DNA of 64,000 nt, taken from Octopus vulgaris. Taxonomy: Eukaryota. The stretch lies in the NCBI GenBank assembly GCA_951406725.2, contig OX597828.1:29264001-29328000 (forward strand). The letters are read 5' to 3'. The position numbers were made by a program, and so were the translations under genes. This document shows, piece by piece, positions 26,991-39,649 of the stretch; the first letter of the stretch is position 1, and each line of letters begins with the position of its first letter. Under the pieces are notes generated by a model. That model was not told the origin of the DNA, searched no databases, and saw nothing but the letters and a program-made list of their open reading frames with translations.

Positions 26991-27687
26991 TCTTGCATAT
27001 AAATCTATGTGCGTATATAGACACAGTTATACATACACATACCTAGTCATAGATGGCTACACACACTAACACACACGTACACATACACATGCAAGTAGTC
27101 ACACGAGTGTACACACAACCACACACATACGCACGCACACACACACACACACATACACACTCGCACGCACGCACATAATCTCCTTTCCTCTCACCCTTAT
27201 TCTTCTAAGCAAACACACATCTACACACACATAGAAAGGCATGCATGCACGCAGACATAAGATTAATTCGCGGCCAAATTCAGGGCAGACGTTGAAGAGA
27301 AAGGACAAGCTATTGAAAAGGTCGCGAAAAATAGCGACGAACGGACATTCACGAAGAAATAAAACCTTGATTGTTTAACCAGCACGTTAAACAAACGATT
27401 GATTACGAAGTTGGTCAGATGTGTAACCATATCGTTATTGGCATAATGACCCTCCCAAGAAGCAACAAGATGTGTGTGTGTATACGTGTGTGAGTGTGTG
27501 TGCGTATGTGTATATATGTATGTGTGTGTGTGTGTGTGTATGTATGTGTGTGTGTGTGGCAAAAACAGATCGATAGAATAAGTACTAGGCTTACAAAGAA
27601 TAATCCCTAGAGTCGATTTGCTCGACTAAAGGCAGTGCTCCAGCATGGCCAAAGTCAAATGACTGTAACAAATAAAAGAATAAAAGA

Positions 27688-27757
<70 letters not shown>

Positions 27758-27758
<1 letters not shown>

Positions 27759-28153
27759 TAGCAGTGTCGCCCACCGTTGCTCGGGTTTGTAAGGGAAATA
27801 ACTATATAATCATTTTTAGAGATGTAAAGTATAATAGCCTTCTCAATATGGCTAACTACAAAGGGGGTGGGGTGTTACTGTAGCTTTTTACATTCTGAGA
27901 TTTAATAATACATTTTAGAGAGTTACTTCCCTTATATAAACCGAGCGAAAATGCATTAAAAATGCGGAAAAAATTATGGTAATTTTTTTTTTAATCGTAA
28001 ACTCAGCGTAGACGTGCGCTAATACCCAGAAGGGCTCGATATGAATCACAACTATAAGATACCCGCTTTTGGTTACACTGCACCGCAAAATGAGGGAGTA
28101 GTTAGGAATCTAAATCGTAGGAGACAGACACACAACTTCACTTTTATATATAA

Positions 28154-28156
<3 letters not shown>
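27758..28156 (-). mobile_element. Non-autonomous Helitron family H1
   Basis: On the - strand it starts TC(TTTATATATAAAAG) and ends with the hairpin CCCGAGCAACG..GGGCG plus CTAG, inserted between A and T. Copies at 33455 and 43301. Confidence 0.8.
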
Positions 28157-28213
<57 letters not shown>

Positions 28214-28296
28214 ATAATAAATATTAGGGAATAAATCCAAATTTACAGGGAAAAAAAATCAGATTTAGGATTAAATCCAATTTTATAGTAAAATAT

Positions 28297-28452
28297 TATA
28301 AAATATTATTAGAGACAAAACCACTATTTTGCAAAACAAACAAGGAAATACTTAATCAATACATAAAATTTTAATTTATTAAAATTTTATGTATTGATTA
28401 AGTCTTTCCTTGTTTGTTTTGCAAAATAGTGGTTTTGTCTCTAATAATATTT

Positions 28453-28455
<3 letters not shown>
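28297..28455. repeat. Near-perfect DNA palindrome (~79-bp arms, 2-nt loop)
   Basis: 28297-28375 is the reverse complement of 28378-28455 with 1 mismatch. Confidence 0.9.
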
Positions 28456-28483
<28 letters not shown>

Positions 28484-28496
28484 ACATATATATACA

Positions 28497-28565
<69 letters not shown>

Positions 28566-28841
28566 GAGGGAATATTATTCATAACTTACAGGGAAAAATT
28601 CAATTTAGAAATACTAAATCAAATTTCACAAAATATAATATATATATATATATATATATAAAATTATTAAAAAAAAACACCTTTTATCAATTCAAAATGA
28701 ACAATTAAATTACACCATCTAGAAAATTACATATAATAGAAATATTAAATATAAAATAATAATATACGATAATTAAGTAATGTGCAAAATAATAAATAAA
28801 TCGTATATATCATGAATTGATAAAAGGTGGGTTTTTTTCTA

Positions 28842-28906
<65 letters not shown>

Positions 28907-28958
28907 CATAATTAAATCTCAGAATGAGATTGAAACAGTAATCGCTCGATAATGTAAT

Positions 28959-29036
28959 GTATAGAAGCCATCTTATCATGGCTAACCACATTGGGGATCC
29001 CCAATGTGGTTAGCCATGATAAGATGGCTTCTATAC
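28959..29036. repeat. Perfect 78-bp palindrome with no loop
   Basis: GTATAGAAGCCATCTTATCATGGCTAACCACATTGGGGA|TCCCCAATGTGGTTAGCCATGATAAGATGGCTTCTATAC. Confidence 0.95.
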
Positions 29037-29038
29037 TT

Positions 29039-29092
<54 letters not shown>

Positions 29093-29094
<2 letters not shown>

Positions 29095-29316
29095 TCTTTA
29101 TTACCCACAAGGGGCTGAACATAGAGGGGACAAACAAGGACAGACTAACGGATTGAGTCGATTACATCGACCCCAGTGCGTAACTGGTACTTAATTTATC
29201 GACCCCGAAAGGATGAAAGGCAAAGTCGACCTCGGCGGAATTTGAACTCAGAACGTAACGGCAGACGAAATACGGCTACGCATTTCGCCCGGCGTGCTAA
29301 CGTTTCTGCCAGCTCG
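29093..29316 (-). mobile_element. SINE family B
   Basis: Near full-length match to the other family B copies. Confidence 0.85.
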
Positions 29317-30232
29317 ACCGGAGTAAACACATAAATATGAAACAAGGTGGAAAAAAAGAGTACTCAAATACCAGTGGTAGAGTAATATGCTTTATTTTAA
29401 GCAGCAGAAAATTCAACAAAATCTGTTACTCTGAGTTTCTCGTTGCCGTTCATCAGACAGTTTTTGCTAGAATGGAACCGATATATCAATTCAATCTATA
29501 CTCTTACAAACGCTACACCTTTAAAAAGAAATGGACTTGTTTGATTGGCCCTTTAGAAAAAACGGTCAATCTTCGAGCAATAAACAAAAAGGTCAAAAAT
29601 ATATGTATATATATATATATAAAAAACTTATAAAAATTATAAAATCTGAGGAAAAAACCTTACATTGAATAAAATACATATTGACGTTAATGAAGAAAGT
29701 GCAAATTAATGCATAGAAATTAAACCTGTTATAAATATTACACTGCAATACATATTTATATTAAAATCTACATATATATATCAACATACACAAAAAACAC
29801 AAAAAATGTTGATATATATATGTAGATTTTATGTATGTTGATATATATATGTAGATTTTAATATAAATATGTATTGCAGTGTAATATTTATAACAGGTTT
29901 AATTTCTATGCATTAATTTGCACTTTCTTCATTAACGTCAATATGTATTTTATTCAATGTAAGGTTTTTTCCTCGGATTTTATAATTTTTATAAGTTTTT
30001 TTATATATATATATATACATATATTTTTGACCTTTTTGTTTATCGCTCGAAGATTGACCGTTTTTTCTAAAGGGCCAATCAAACAAGTCCATTTCTTTTT
30101 AAAGGTGTAGCGTTTGTAAGAGTATAGATTGAATTGATATATCGGTTCCATTCTAGCAAAAACTGTCTGATGAACGGCAACGAGAAACTCAGAGTAACAG
30201 ATTTTGTTGAATTTTCTGCTGCTTAAAATAAA

Positions 30233-30233
<1 letters not shown>
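29317..30233. mobile_element. Penelope-like element remnant in inverted (foldback) pseudo-LTR configuration
   Basis: ~400-bp inverted arms 29390-29790 and 29832-30233, a one-sided ~70-bp extension, and a hammerhead motif in each arm. Abuts (TA)n. The same family recurs at 41043-41177. Confidence 0.65.
30158..30205 (+). ncRNA. Putative minimal type-I hammerhead ribozyme (mirror copy at 29418-29465 on the - strand)
   Basis: AAAAACUGU-CUGAUGA-ACGGCAACGA-GAAAC-UCAGA-GUA-ACAGAUUUU: both core boxes, GUA cleavage triplet, stem I CUGU/ACAG, quasi-palindromic stem III ACUC-A-GAGU, weak stem II. Confidence 0.6.
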
Positions 30234-30268
<35 letters not shown>

Positions 30269-30638
30269 TTATTACACACATGTGAGTGAGAACACTTTGA
30301 GATATTTTTGGTATCTAACATATGTCAGATACTGCGAGCGCTGCTTCTGATTGGTCAATCGATGGTGATGACCCGAGGTCACGGTGACAGCGCTGCTTCT
30401 GATTGGTCAATCCATGGTGATGACCCGACGTCACGGTGACGGTACTACTTTTGTCATTCATAAGTTACAACTAAACGTGAAGAATTTAGTTATTGGGTTA
30501 ATAAAATATGGTCGTTTATTCGTGTGTAATAAATAAAATACCAAACTCATTCCCTATGGATACCGTATTTATTACAACTCGTTTACAAGCCACTCGTTGT
30601 AATAAATACGGTATCCATAGGGAACTCGTTTGGTATTC
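30269..30638. mobile_element. Small non-autonomous element(s) with TTATTACAC/GTGTAATAA ends, a 52-bp tandem duplication and an adjacent hairpin (possibly Crypton-like)
   Basis: Tandem repeat at 30338-30441, which contains TGATTGG. Inverted arms at about 30537-30578 and 30596-30637. Confidence 0.4.
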
Positions 30639-31145
30639 TCTATATATATTCAGTCAAACTAATGCACCTGCTTGTTATTCCTGCACCTGTCTTCGTCTTT
30701 TGTTGTTTTCTGTAAATATATCCTTTTATATATGTGTGCTGCAAGATTCTTGATGTGAAACCGTGCGTTGAAACAGATATTGTATTTTTTTTCCTCTTTT
30801 TGCCAAATAAACAGGCGCACTATATAATTCCCTTTTCACTCATTTATTACTGTTCTTATTCTAATTTATGTTTATCGCCCGGAAATCTTTCGTCACACCT
30901 CTGTGAACTCTTCAGCGACACTTTCTGTCTTCGTGTGTACTCTTGCTCCGCTTTTATACATATACACACATACGCGAGTAAATATACGGGTAAAACACTT
31001 GTGGTATGCTATATAAAGCTCGTATAAAGTCTTACTCAAAGAAGGTGCATTTCACACCTTGAATTGGTGATAATGATTACACAACATCTCACCAATGAAC
31101 AAGTGTAAAAATGTGTCGAAACAATTGTAATGTTTATAGATAATG

Positions 31146-31225
<80 letters not shown>

Positions 31226-31230
<5 letters not shown>

Positions 31231-31447
31231 AATCAAGGAACGGCCATAATAGGCCATTCACCCACTAGAAATAACAGCCAAAAGCTTCAACGCAAAATAA
31301 CATCAATTCCGTAAACCAGAGAAAATTAAAAAAACATTTTTTAAATTTTCTCCTGGTTTACGGAATTGATGTTATTTTGCGGTTGAAGCTTTTGGCTGTT
31401 ATTTCTAGTGGGTGAATGGCCTATTATGGCCGTTCCTTGATTGTGAT
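31226..31447. repeat. Near-perfect inverted repeat (~105-bp arms) adjacent to (TA)n
   Basis: ATCACAATCAAGGAACGGCC...GGCCGTTCCTTGATTGTGAT, with few indels between the arms. Confidence 0.9.
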
Positions 31448-31544
31448 GTTGAACTTAAAAATGGTTTATGACTATTTAATTTTTTCCCACTAGGCCGCTG
31501 GTGGCAAAGAAATTCTACAAAATTTTTTTGCCACCCTATATTGA

Positions 31545-31585
<41 letters not shown>

Positions 31586-32032
31586 CATGCATGTATGTAT
31601 GTATGTATGTATGTATGTATGTATGTATGTATGTATGTATGTATGTATGTATGTATGTATGTATGTGTGTATGTATATACTTACATATATATGTATATAC
31701 ATATGCATATATGGGTACAGGACGTCACAGAAGGTAAACAACAGGAAATACGAAAATATAGAATACGAACTTTTTTGCGAACAGCGAAAGAAACAATATT
31801 ATCGATAATGCCCGAAATTGCGTTTGACTCCTCTTGCTGATAACTGATGAAGAATTTGTGACCTTGTGTGTTTTCTGTTCGCCTGTGAATTTAGTATGTG
31901 TTCGTTTGTTTATTTACATACGTTTATTTTTAATTATATATATATAGATATGTCATATTTTCCGTTTGTTGTCTTTTTATTTAATCCTGAAGATATTATT
32001 TATGTAACGCACGCACTCATTAATCTTTTACC

Positions 32033-32063
<31 letters not shown>

Positions 32064-32285
32064 ATGTGTGTGTGTGAGAGAGTGTGCGCGCGCGCGCGCG
32101 TGTGTGTGTGTAGTTCAAATTTACAGAAAACAAACGACGAAGACAGGTGAAAGAACAACAAGCAGAGTTTGAAGGTTTTTTAGTTATAGAAATCGACCCC
32201 AGGACTTACTCTTTGGAACCCTAGCACTTATTCTATCGGTTTCTTTTTCCAAAACGCTAAGCTACGGGGACGTGTATATATATAC

Positions 32286-32349
<64 letters not shown>

Positions 32350-32794
32350 CGTAGGAGTGACTGTGTGACAAGAAGTTTGCTGCCTGGTCACTAGGTCAAA
32401 TAGATTTGGACGATGGAAACTGAAAAAAGCCCGTCGTATATACGTGTTTGTGGGCCGGAGGGGCTAGCTTCGTGCTTGTCCCAGACAACCGCTTGTTGAC
32501 TTCCTTTCCATCCCCGCAACTTAGAAGTTCGACGAAATTAACCGATAGAATATGTCGAATGACTGAGACAAGTAAATGTTTTTTTAGATATATCGTAGTA
32601 ATATCTAATGTAGTTGTGGTTTACGACCAGTCAGGACGTTACCATTGGTTTCACACTTTTTATACTCTTAGCAATATAGACGTCTCCCACTGCTAAGAAC
32701 GTAAAAGGCGCGAAAGCAATGGTGACTCCCTGACAGGCCATACCAGCCACATAGTTTCGGGTTCATTCACACTGCGTGGCACCTTAGAACCTAG

Positions 32795-32950
32795 GGTTGG
32801 ATTCAAAATTCTACCAGGACACCTGATGAAGGCTGGAGAGTAAATCAGCCGAAATTTTGTGGTAGCAACAAACAAGATGAGGACAAATATCCGTCCAATG
32901 TAAAAAATGTAAATATTGTACAGAATTCCTCATCTCTAAAATATAGAACA
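32795..32950 (+). mobile_element. Penelope-like 3' fragment with hammerhead-like motif
   Basis: CTGATGA-A-GGCTG-(loop)-CAGCC-GAAA at 32823-32854. Stem III and the cleavage site are degenerate. Confidence 0.45.
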
Positions 32951-33454
32951 ATTTATGATTGTTTCAAAAATTCCATGTTGACTTAATCTTGCATTGTGTT
33001 TTTAAACGACTCCACAATTAATGATGTAGTCATATCTGTTGTACAGATACCCCGTTCATAGAAATGATCCCTCGCAACTCTCTACAAAAAATAATATGCT
33101 GAAGTGTTTGTCTACCGCTTAAATATAGGACATTAATCAATGTTTATAGTGGACGGCACAGCGGTCACGTTTATAAACATGATTGAAGATAAGTCAAAAT
33201 GAATTTGTAGAAATAATTGTAAACTATGAAACAAAAATAATAACACAAACTCCACTTTTCAGTGCTTATTACTTCTGTAACCTCTCAGAGGAAACATGAC
33301 TCCTCCTTCACTCCTCTCCACCCTTCATTTATGGTTTGAGAATAATTCTATAATTGTTGTAAACTGGAATGGAACTTACTCTCTTTCTGCTCACATCCAT
33401 TCACCATTTAATGCTACTTGCTTTGCATCTTTCAGAGAGATAGATTAGATATAA

Positions 33455-33839
33455 CTAGCAGTATCGCCCGGCGTTGCTCGGGTTTGTAAGGGAAATAACT
33501 ATATAAGCATTTTTAGAGAGTTATAGCCAAAAAATGCATTAAAAATGGAAATAAATGATGGTAAATTTTTTTTAAATCGTTGACTCATCGTAGACATTTT
33601 TAGAGAGTTACTTCCCTTATATAATAGCAAAGAAATGCATTAAAATGGAAAAAAATGATGGTAATTTTTTTTTTAAATCGTAGACTCATCGTAGACGCGC
33701 GCTAATACCCAGAAGGGCTCGATATGAATCACGACTATAAGATAACCGGTTTTGGTTAAACTGCACCGCAAAATGTGGGAGTAGTTAGGAATCTAAATCG
33801 TAGGAGACAGACACACAACCTCTCTTTTATATATAAAGA
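33455..33839 (-). mobile_element. Non-autonomous Helitron family H1
   Basis: Same termini as the 27758 copy, with an internal tandem duplication. Confidence 0.8.
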
Positions 33840-35840
33840 TAAACTCAAAGAGCAACTAGAAAGTGAAAGTAGTATCTAACTTAGGATGTCTCATAGATAG
33901 TGGTGGCAATGGTGTTGGAGGTGGTACATGTGGTTATCATGGCAGTGGTGGTGGTGGTGGTGTAGTGGTGACAGTGGATGTGTATGATGGCAGCAATTAT
34001 AGTGTTGGTGTTTTTGTAGAGGTGGTGGTGGTGGCGGCGGCAGTGGATGATAATGATAATGATGATGATAGTAGTAGTAGCATTGATTATATTAGGATAT
34101 CTCATGGATGGTAGTGTTGAAGACATTGCAGAGTGTAGTGGTGGTGAAATTGGTGATTTTGAATATGATGCTGGTATTGATCTTGGGGTTGTGGTTGCAG
34201 AAGATGGTTGTGGTGGTGGCAGTGGAGGTTGTAGTAATGGTTGTAGTGGTGGTTGTGAAGATGATTCTGATATTGATAGTCTTTGCATTGAGGTGGTGGC
34301 AGAGTCAGAGTAAATAATAAGAGCCCAGTTAACACAAGATTCTTAAATTTCGGAGATCATAAGATAGAGAGCAAGAAGTTAAAAGTTCCAATACTGGCCC
34401 AATACCTACACCCCAGATTCTTCAACTATTTTATAAGAAAGGGGTTAATGGCAGGATAGGGATTCAGCTTTAAGATAAATTGTATAACAAAAAATACATA
34501 AATAAATTACTGCTCCAACGATGTAATTTTAGTATGTGTGTGTGTGTAAGCAATGCAAACAATGGAAAATAATTTAAACACTCATTTTCTGATGTCTAAG
34601 GATGGATATTTATGCGTATGAATCTTTTTCTTTTTATTTTCTTTCAAATATAATTCTAGGGAACTGAAAAAGCTGTATACGGTGCCAAGCGAATTTAGCT
34701 ATTTACGATGAGCGGATGTTTACGTTACAAACGAATCTCTAGGTCTGTTTACATGTTTACGTTAACTACGTCACAAAATAGCTGTTTACGTCACAGTAAC
34801 AATATTTTGAGAGGCAGTAAATAATATGAGGTCGAAAGAAAGAATACCATTGGTTAAAATTCGAATTATTAAACAACGTTAAACTTAGAAATTACAATTC
34901 CGTTTTCATTTTGGTTTACAATTATGTTTTCTTTTGACACATTCTACCAGTATACGAAGTTTCAAATTGTTTAGTTAACTAGGAAAATCTGGCCTTCAAA
35001 CTGAAAAGATTCCGCTAACCTAACCCTAACCCTAACTAATCCTAACTTTAACCCTAACCCTAAAACAGATTGAAATGCAATAGATCAATACTAGGGTCAT
35101 AATTATGGGTGACAATTTCATATGACACCGCTAGAAAAAACTGCCGTTCAAACCGAAAAGATCCCTATTTTGTTATATGGACACCTAAAAATCTTATATG
35201 GACTCTCAGGGGCCATGTGGACCCCAGTTGAAAACCACTGCTCTACACGGTCGCTTGAACGGTTAGAACTAGCAGCCTCATCTCCCTTAAATCACGTAAT
35301 CTCATCTTAAATAAAGATTTTCACTGGCGAGTGTAGATACCGAGAAACAACAACAACAACAAAAACCAAAAAAACAAACAAAAAAAAACAAAAAAGGAAA
35401 AAAGATGTAATGGTCACATATGGAACGCTTTGATCAAGTCATAAGTTTGTTCGATTAGGGCCGAACTGAGGTTAAGCATCATCATCGTCATCATCATCAT
35501 CATCATCACTATCATCATTATCGTCGTCGTCGTCGACATCATCATTATCATCGTCAACAACAACAACAACAACAGAAGCAACAACAATAACAACAACAAC
35601 ATCGTTTATAACTGAAATAATTCACAGATTTTTATGTTTTGTGTCTAAAGCTCGAGAAGCAACGCATACTTTTTTGTTTATGATTCAACCAGTGAGTTTC
35701 GCGATTCATCAACCTTCCAGGCACAACAGCCAAATCTTCCGCCAACCACACACGACTATGTGAAACAGAGGAAGGAAATATTCCTTCATACAGTTCTGGA
35801 GGCCCATAACCTGAAAAGGAAAAAGAAAAAAATAACAATA

Positions 35841-36260
35841 GGCGCAGGAGTGGCTGTGTGGTAAGTAGCTTGCTTACCAGCCACATGGTTCTGGGTTCAG
35901 TCCCACCGCGTGGCACCTTGGGCAAGTGTCTTCTACTATAGCCTCGGGCCGACCAAAGCCTTGTGAGTGGATTTGGTAGACGGAAACTGAAAGAAGCCCG
36001 TCGTATATATGTATGTATATATATATATATATATGTGCGTGTGTGTTTGTGTGTCTCTGTTTGTCCCCCTAGCATTGCTTGACAACCGATGCTAGTGTGT
36101 TTATGTCCCCGTTACTTAGCGGTTCGGCAAAAGAGACCGATAGAATAAGTACTGGGCTTACAAAAGAATAAAGTCCCGGGGTCGAGTTGCTCGATTAAAA
36201 GGCGGTGCTCCAGCATGGCCGCAGTCAAATGACTGAAACAAGTAAAAGAGTAAAAGAGTA
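35841..36260 (+). mobile_element. SINE family A, full length
   Basis: GGCGCAGGAGTGGCTGTGTGG head through to the (TAAAAGAG)n tail. Confidence 0.88.
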
Positions 36261-36329
36261 AGTAAAGACATGATGAGCGCACGACGAATACGCTTCATAA
36301 CGCGTCTGTTCCTCAGCCAGAACAGAAAT

Positions 36330-37030
36330 GAAGCTAAACAATAATTTAGCTCTGAGAATCGTAATTCCTGTCGTTGGGGACATTGCGTTGGACAAAACAC
36401 ATCGCTAAAATTGCCAAGAAGGCTGAAGATGTCTTGGCATCACTCACCAAGTCCTTTGTGAGCTGCTCTCCGGCTAATCTATCTGCGGCTTTATGGAAGC
36501 ACTCCGTCGGTTACGACGACGAGGGTTCCGGTTGATCCGAATCAACGGAACAGCCTGCTCGTGAAATTAACGTGTAAGTGGCTGAGCACTCAACAGACAC
36601 GTGTACCCTTAACGTAGTTCTCGGGGATATTCAGCGTGACACAGAGAGTGACAAGGCCGGCTCTTTGAAGTACAGGTACAACAGAAACAGGAAGTAAGAG
36701 TGAGAGAAAGTTGTGGTGAAAGAGTACAGCAGGGATCACCACCATCCCCTGCCGGAGCCTCGTGGAGCTTTAGGTGTTTTCGCTCAATAAACACTCACAA
36801 CGCCCGGTCTGGAAATCGAAACCGCGATCCTATGACCGCGAGTCCGCCCTAACCACTGGGCCATTGCGCCTCCACCTGCGGCTTTATATAGCTATGGCAA
36901 ATGCCTGATGGAATTTGCATCACTCGTCTGGAACCCCTATCTTGCCCAGAATATTAATCGTCTGGAAGCCGTTCAGCGTCGTGCAACCAAGAGAATACCC
37001 TCCATCAGGCATTTGCCATATTCTGAACGT
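36330..37030 (+). mobile_element. CR1-group LINE ORF2 C-terminal fragment, interrupted by SINE C
   Basis: EFASLVWNPYLAQNINRLEAVQRRATKRIPSIRHLPYSER motif. The upstream HIAKIAKKA..SF..LY segment rejoins after SINE removal. Confidence 0.75.
36495..36875 (-). mobile_element. SINE family C (tRNA-Arg-like head)
   Basis: Head GGCGCAATGGCCCAGTGGTTAGGG..GGTTTCGATT. 12-bp TSD CTGCGGCTTTAT (36483-36494, 36876-36887). Confidence 0.85.
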
Positions 37031-37090
37031 GGGTGGGAAGCAAGCTTCTTACCACAGAACCACTCCTGCGCCTATGAAACACCTTTATAA

Positions 37091-37490
37091 GGCGGCGAGC
37101 TGGCAGAAGCGTTAGCGCGCCGGGCGAAATGCTTAGCGGTATTTCGTCTGTCGTTACGTTGTGAGTTCAAATTCCGCCGAGGTCGACTTTGCCTTTCATT
37201 CTTTCTGGGTCGATAAATTAAGTACCAGTTACGCACTGGGGTCGATGTAATCGACTTAATACCTACGTCTGTCCTTGTTTGTCCCCTCTATGTTTAGCCC
37301 CTTGGAAATAGTTATTTCGTCTGTCGTTACGTTCTGAGTTCAAATTCCGTCGAGGTCGACTTTGCCTTTCATCCTTTCTGGGTCGATAAATAAAGTACCA
37401 ACTTCGCACTGGGGTCGATGTAATCGACTTAATCCCTTTGTCCTTGTTTGTCCTCTCTATGTTTAGCCCCTTGTGGGCAGTAAAGAAATA
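37091..37490 (+). mobile_element. SINE family B dimer
   Basis: A full unit followed by a second unit that starts at the internal TATTTCGTC. Confidence 0.85.
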
Positions 37491-37599
37491 TATATACGGA
37501 GTTTTTTTATTGCGTGTTGTTTCTTTTTTTATATACCTTTTTCACCAAATCGAGGTAACTGCGGTACGTCTGAGAAATGAGCCACGCGAGGTAGAGTTG

Positions 37600-37746
37600 A
37601 TTTCTTAACTACCCACAAGGGGCTAAACACAGAGGGGACAAACAAGGACAGACAAAGGGATTAAGGCGATTACATCGACCCCAGTACGCAACTGGTACTT
37701 AATTTATCGACCCCGGGAGGATGAAAGGCAAAGTCGACATCGGCGG
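37600..37746 (-). mobile_element. SINE family B, 5' truncated
   Basis: Tail and core match the other family B copies. Confidence 0.75.
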
Positions 37747-38331
37747 TTGCAGCGAGTGCCGTGGGCCATTCTCTTTGAAATCATGTCCACGAGGCGCGGC
37801 TGAACATTTCATATTTGGACAGGGGTGTATTATATAACCTGTAACTCCCCCCCCCCACCATCCGCCATCTTCTGCTACTTAACCCTCTCCCTCTTATTCT
37901 TTTTACTTTTTATTTCCTTGGTGAGGTCGTTCTGCGTTTTTTTTTTACCCCCTCTCTTTCGATAATTTGATTCTTTATAAATTTTAATGTCTTGTTTTCT
38001 TCCTTTTTTTTCTTCCTGAGTAAAAAAAAAAAAAAATTGCTAAATAATTTTTATTGCCAAAAAAAAAAAAAAAATAATAATAACTGTATCTGATGTCGCT
38101 AACACAACATTTAGTATAGGAAATAACATTAATAATAATATCAATTATAAAGCTTTCTTTCTTTCTTTACTGAAGTAGATTCAACAAAAGAAAACTTCTA
38201 CTCATTAAAATGTGTCGAATATAAATAAATACACCCATTGGCAGGATTTTTAACTGAATGCTTTTGAGATAAACACATACTTTATAAACGTAGCTCTCTC
38301 TCTCTTCTCTCCCCTTCCTCTAATATATGTG

Positions 38332-38395
<64 letters not shown>

Positions 38396-38630
38396 ATTTA
38401 ATATATATATATATAACATATATATATTTAGTATGTATATATAATATATATAACATATATATGTTATATATATGTCGCATATATATTAAATTATATATAT
38501 AATATATATTGACATATATATATAGAATATACGCGCGTGTGCACAGACACGTGCACATATCGGTAACGATGTATGTGTGTGTGTGTGTATGTGTGTGTGC
38601 GTGCGTGTGTGTGTATGTATGCATGTGCGG

Positions 38631-38701
<71 letters not shown>

Positions 38702-39212
38702 ATATACATATATATTTTCATATATGTATTATAGGAATAGATATTGATCAAAGTATATAGTATTATAGATCCATTACAGCCAATCTTACTAATTGGTTTC
38801 GCACTGAGTACTAAAACCAGATGTTAAGTAATACCGTATGCTCTTCAGAGAGAGCCTGTTTGAAAAAATATTAGGTGACTGCTTTCCGGTTTTGGAGGTG
38901 AAAAAACTCACAACCGGTTTGTGGGTGTTGTGAAAAATGATGAAACGAAGCCATGGTAAGCGAATTGAACAAGGATTCTATCAAGAGTTATGTTATTTGG
39001 CATCACAGTCTTTGAAATGCTGCAAGGCGGCATGAGTTTTCTGAAAATACGTGCAACGGTACAAAACGAACACACAGAGACAAATGCACCCGAACATGGG
39101 CTTAAAAGCTTCGTACACCCCCTCGACTAACTGGATAGTCAACCTGTTTTGGGGAATGTACTTTTTGGCACTGGAAGTAAACGAACACGCGCGCAAGCGT
39201 AGAAATATACAT

Positions 39213-39269
<57 letters not shown>

Positions 39270-39649
39270 AAACGAGAGAAAGATTAAAACGCGTGATGTC
39301 AAATAAGACAGCGTCTAATCAGGGACGTCGAAGAGGCATCGCTAAAATGACAGTGACAAAACGGCTCATACCCCCCTCCCCTCCCATACACGTACATACG
39401 AACCGTGTTTATTGAAAATTTTAATATTGTGACTTCAGAAAATATCTTTTTATGTTATGCTTTATATATTTGCCAAAAATATTAAATTGATATGCAAAAG
39501 ATGTCGAGAAGTAGCTGTAACTGAGATGTGTTTCAGTCATCAAAGTCTATTGAATATTTTTTGTTGTTCAATTTGGATTTGCAGCATAAAACTGATCGTG
39601 CAATTTAGTGCTTTGATGCAAAGGTGCCGCGTCAATTGAGTAACATAGA

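Noticed and set aside
32970-33440. Possible minus-strand exons (captured gene or transposase) inside the giant element
   Set aside because: Splice-like signals exist, but the frames are short, contain stops and show no recognisable motif. BLASTX is needed.
33863-34335. G/D/V-rich and P/T/H-rich ORFs
   Set aside because: This is a low-complexity trinucleotide-repeat block that is duplicated at 15979-16163, with no domain evidence.
35013-35063. Interstitial telomere or chromosome fusion site
   Set aside because: It is a short degenerate (CCCTAA)n tract that is internal to the MITE.
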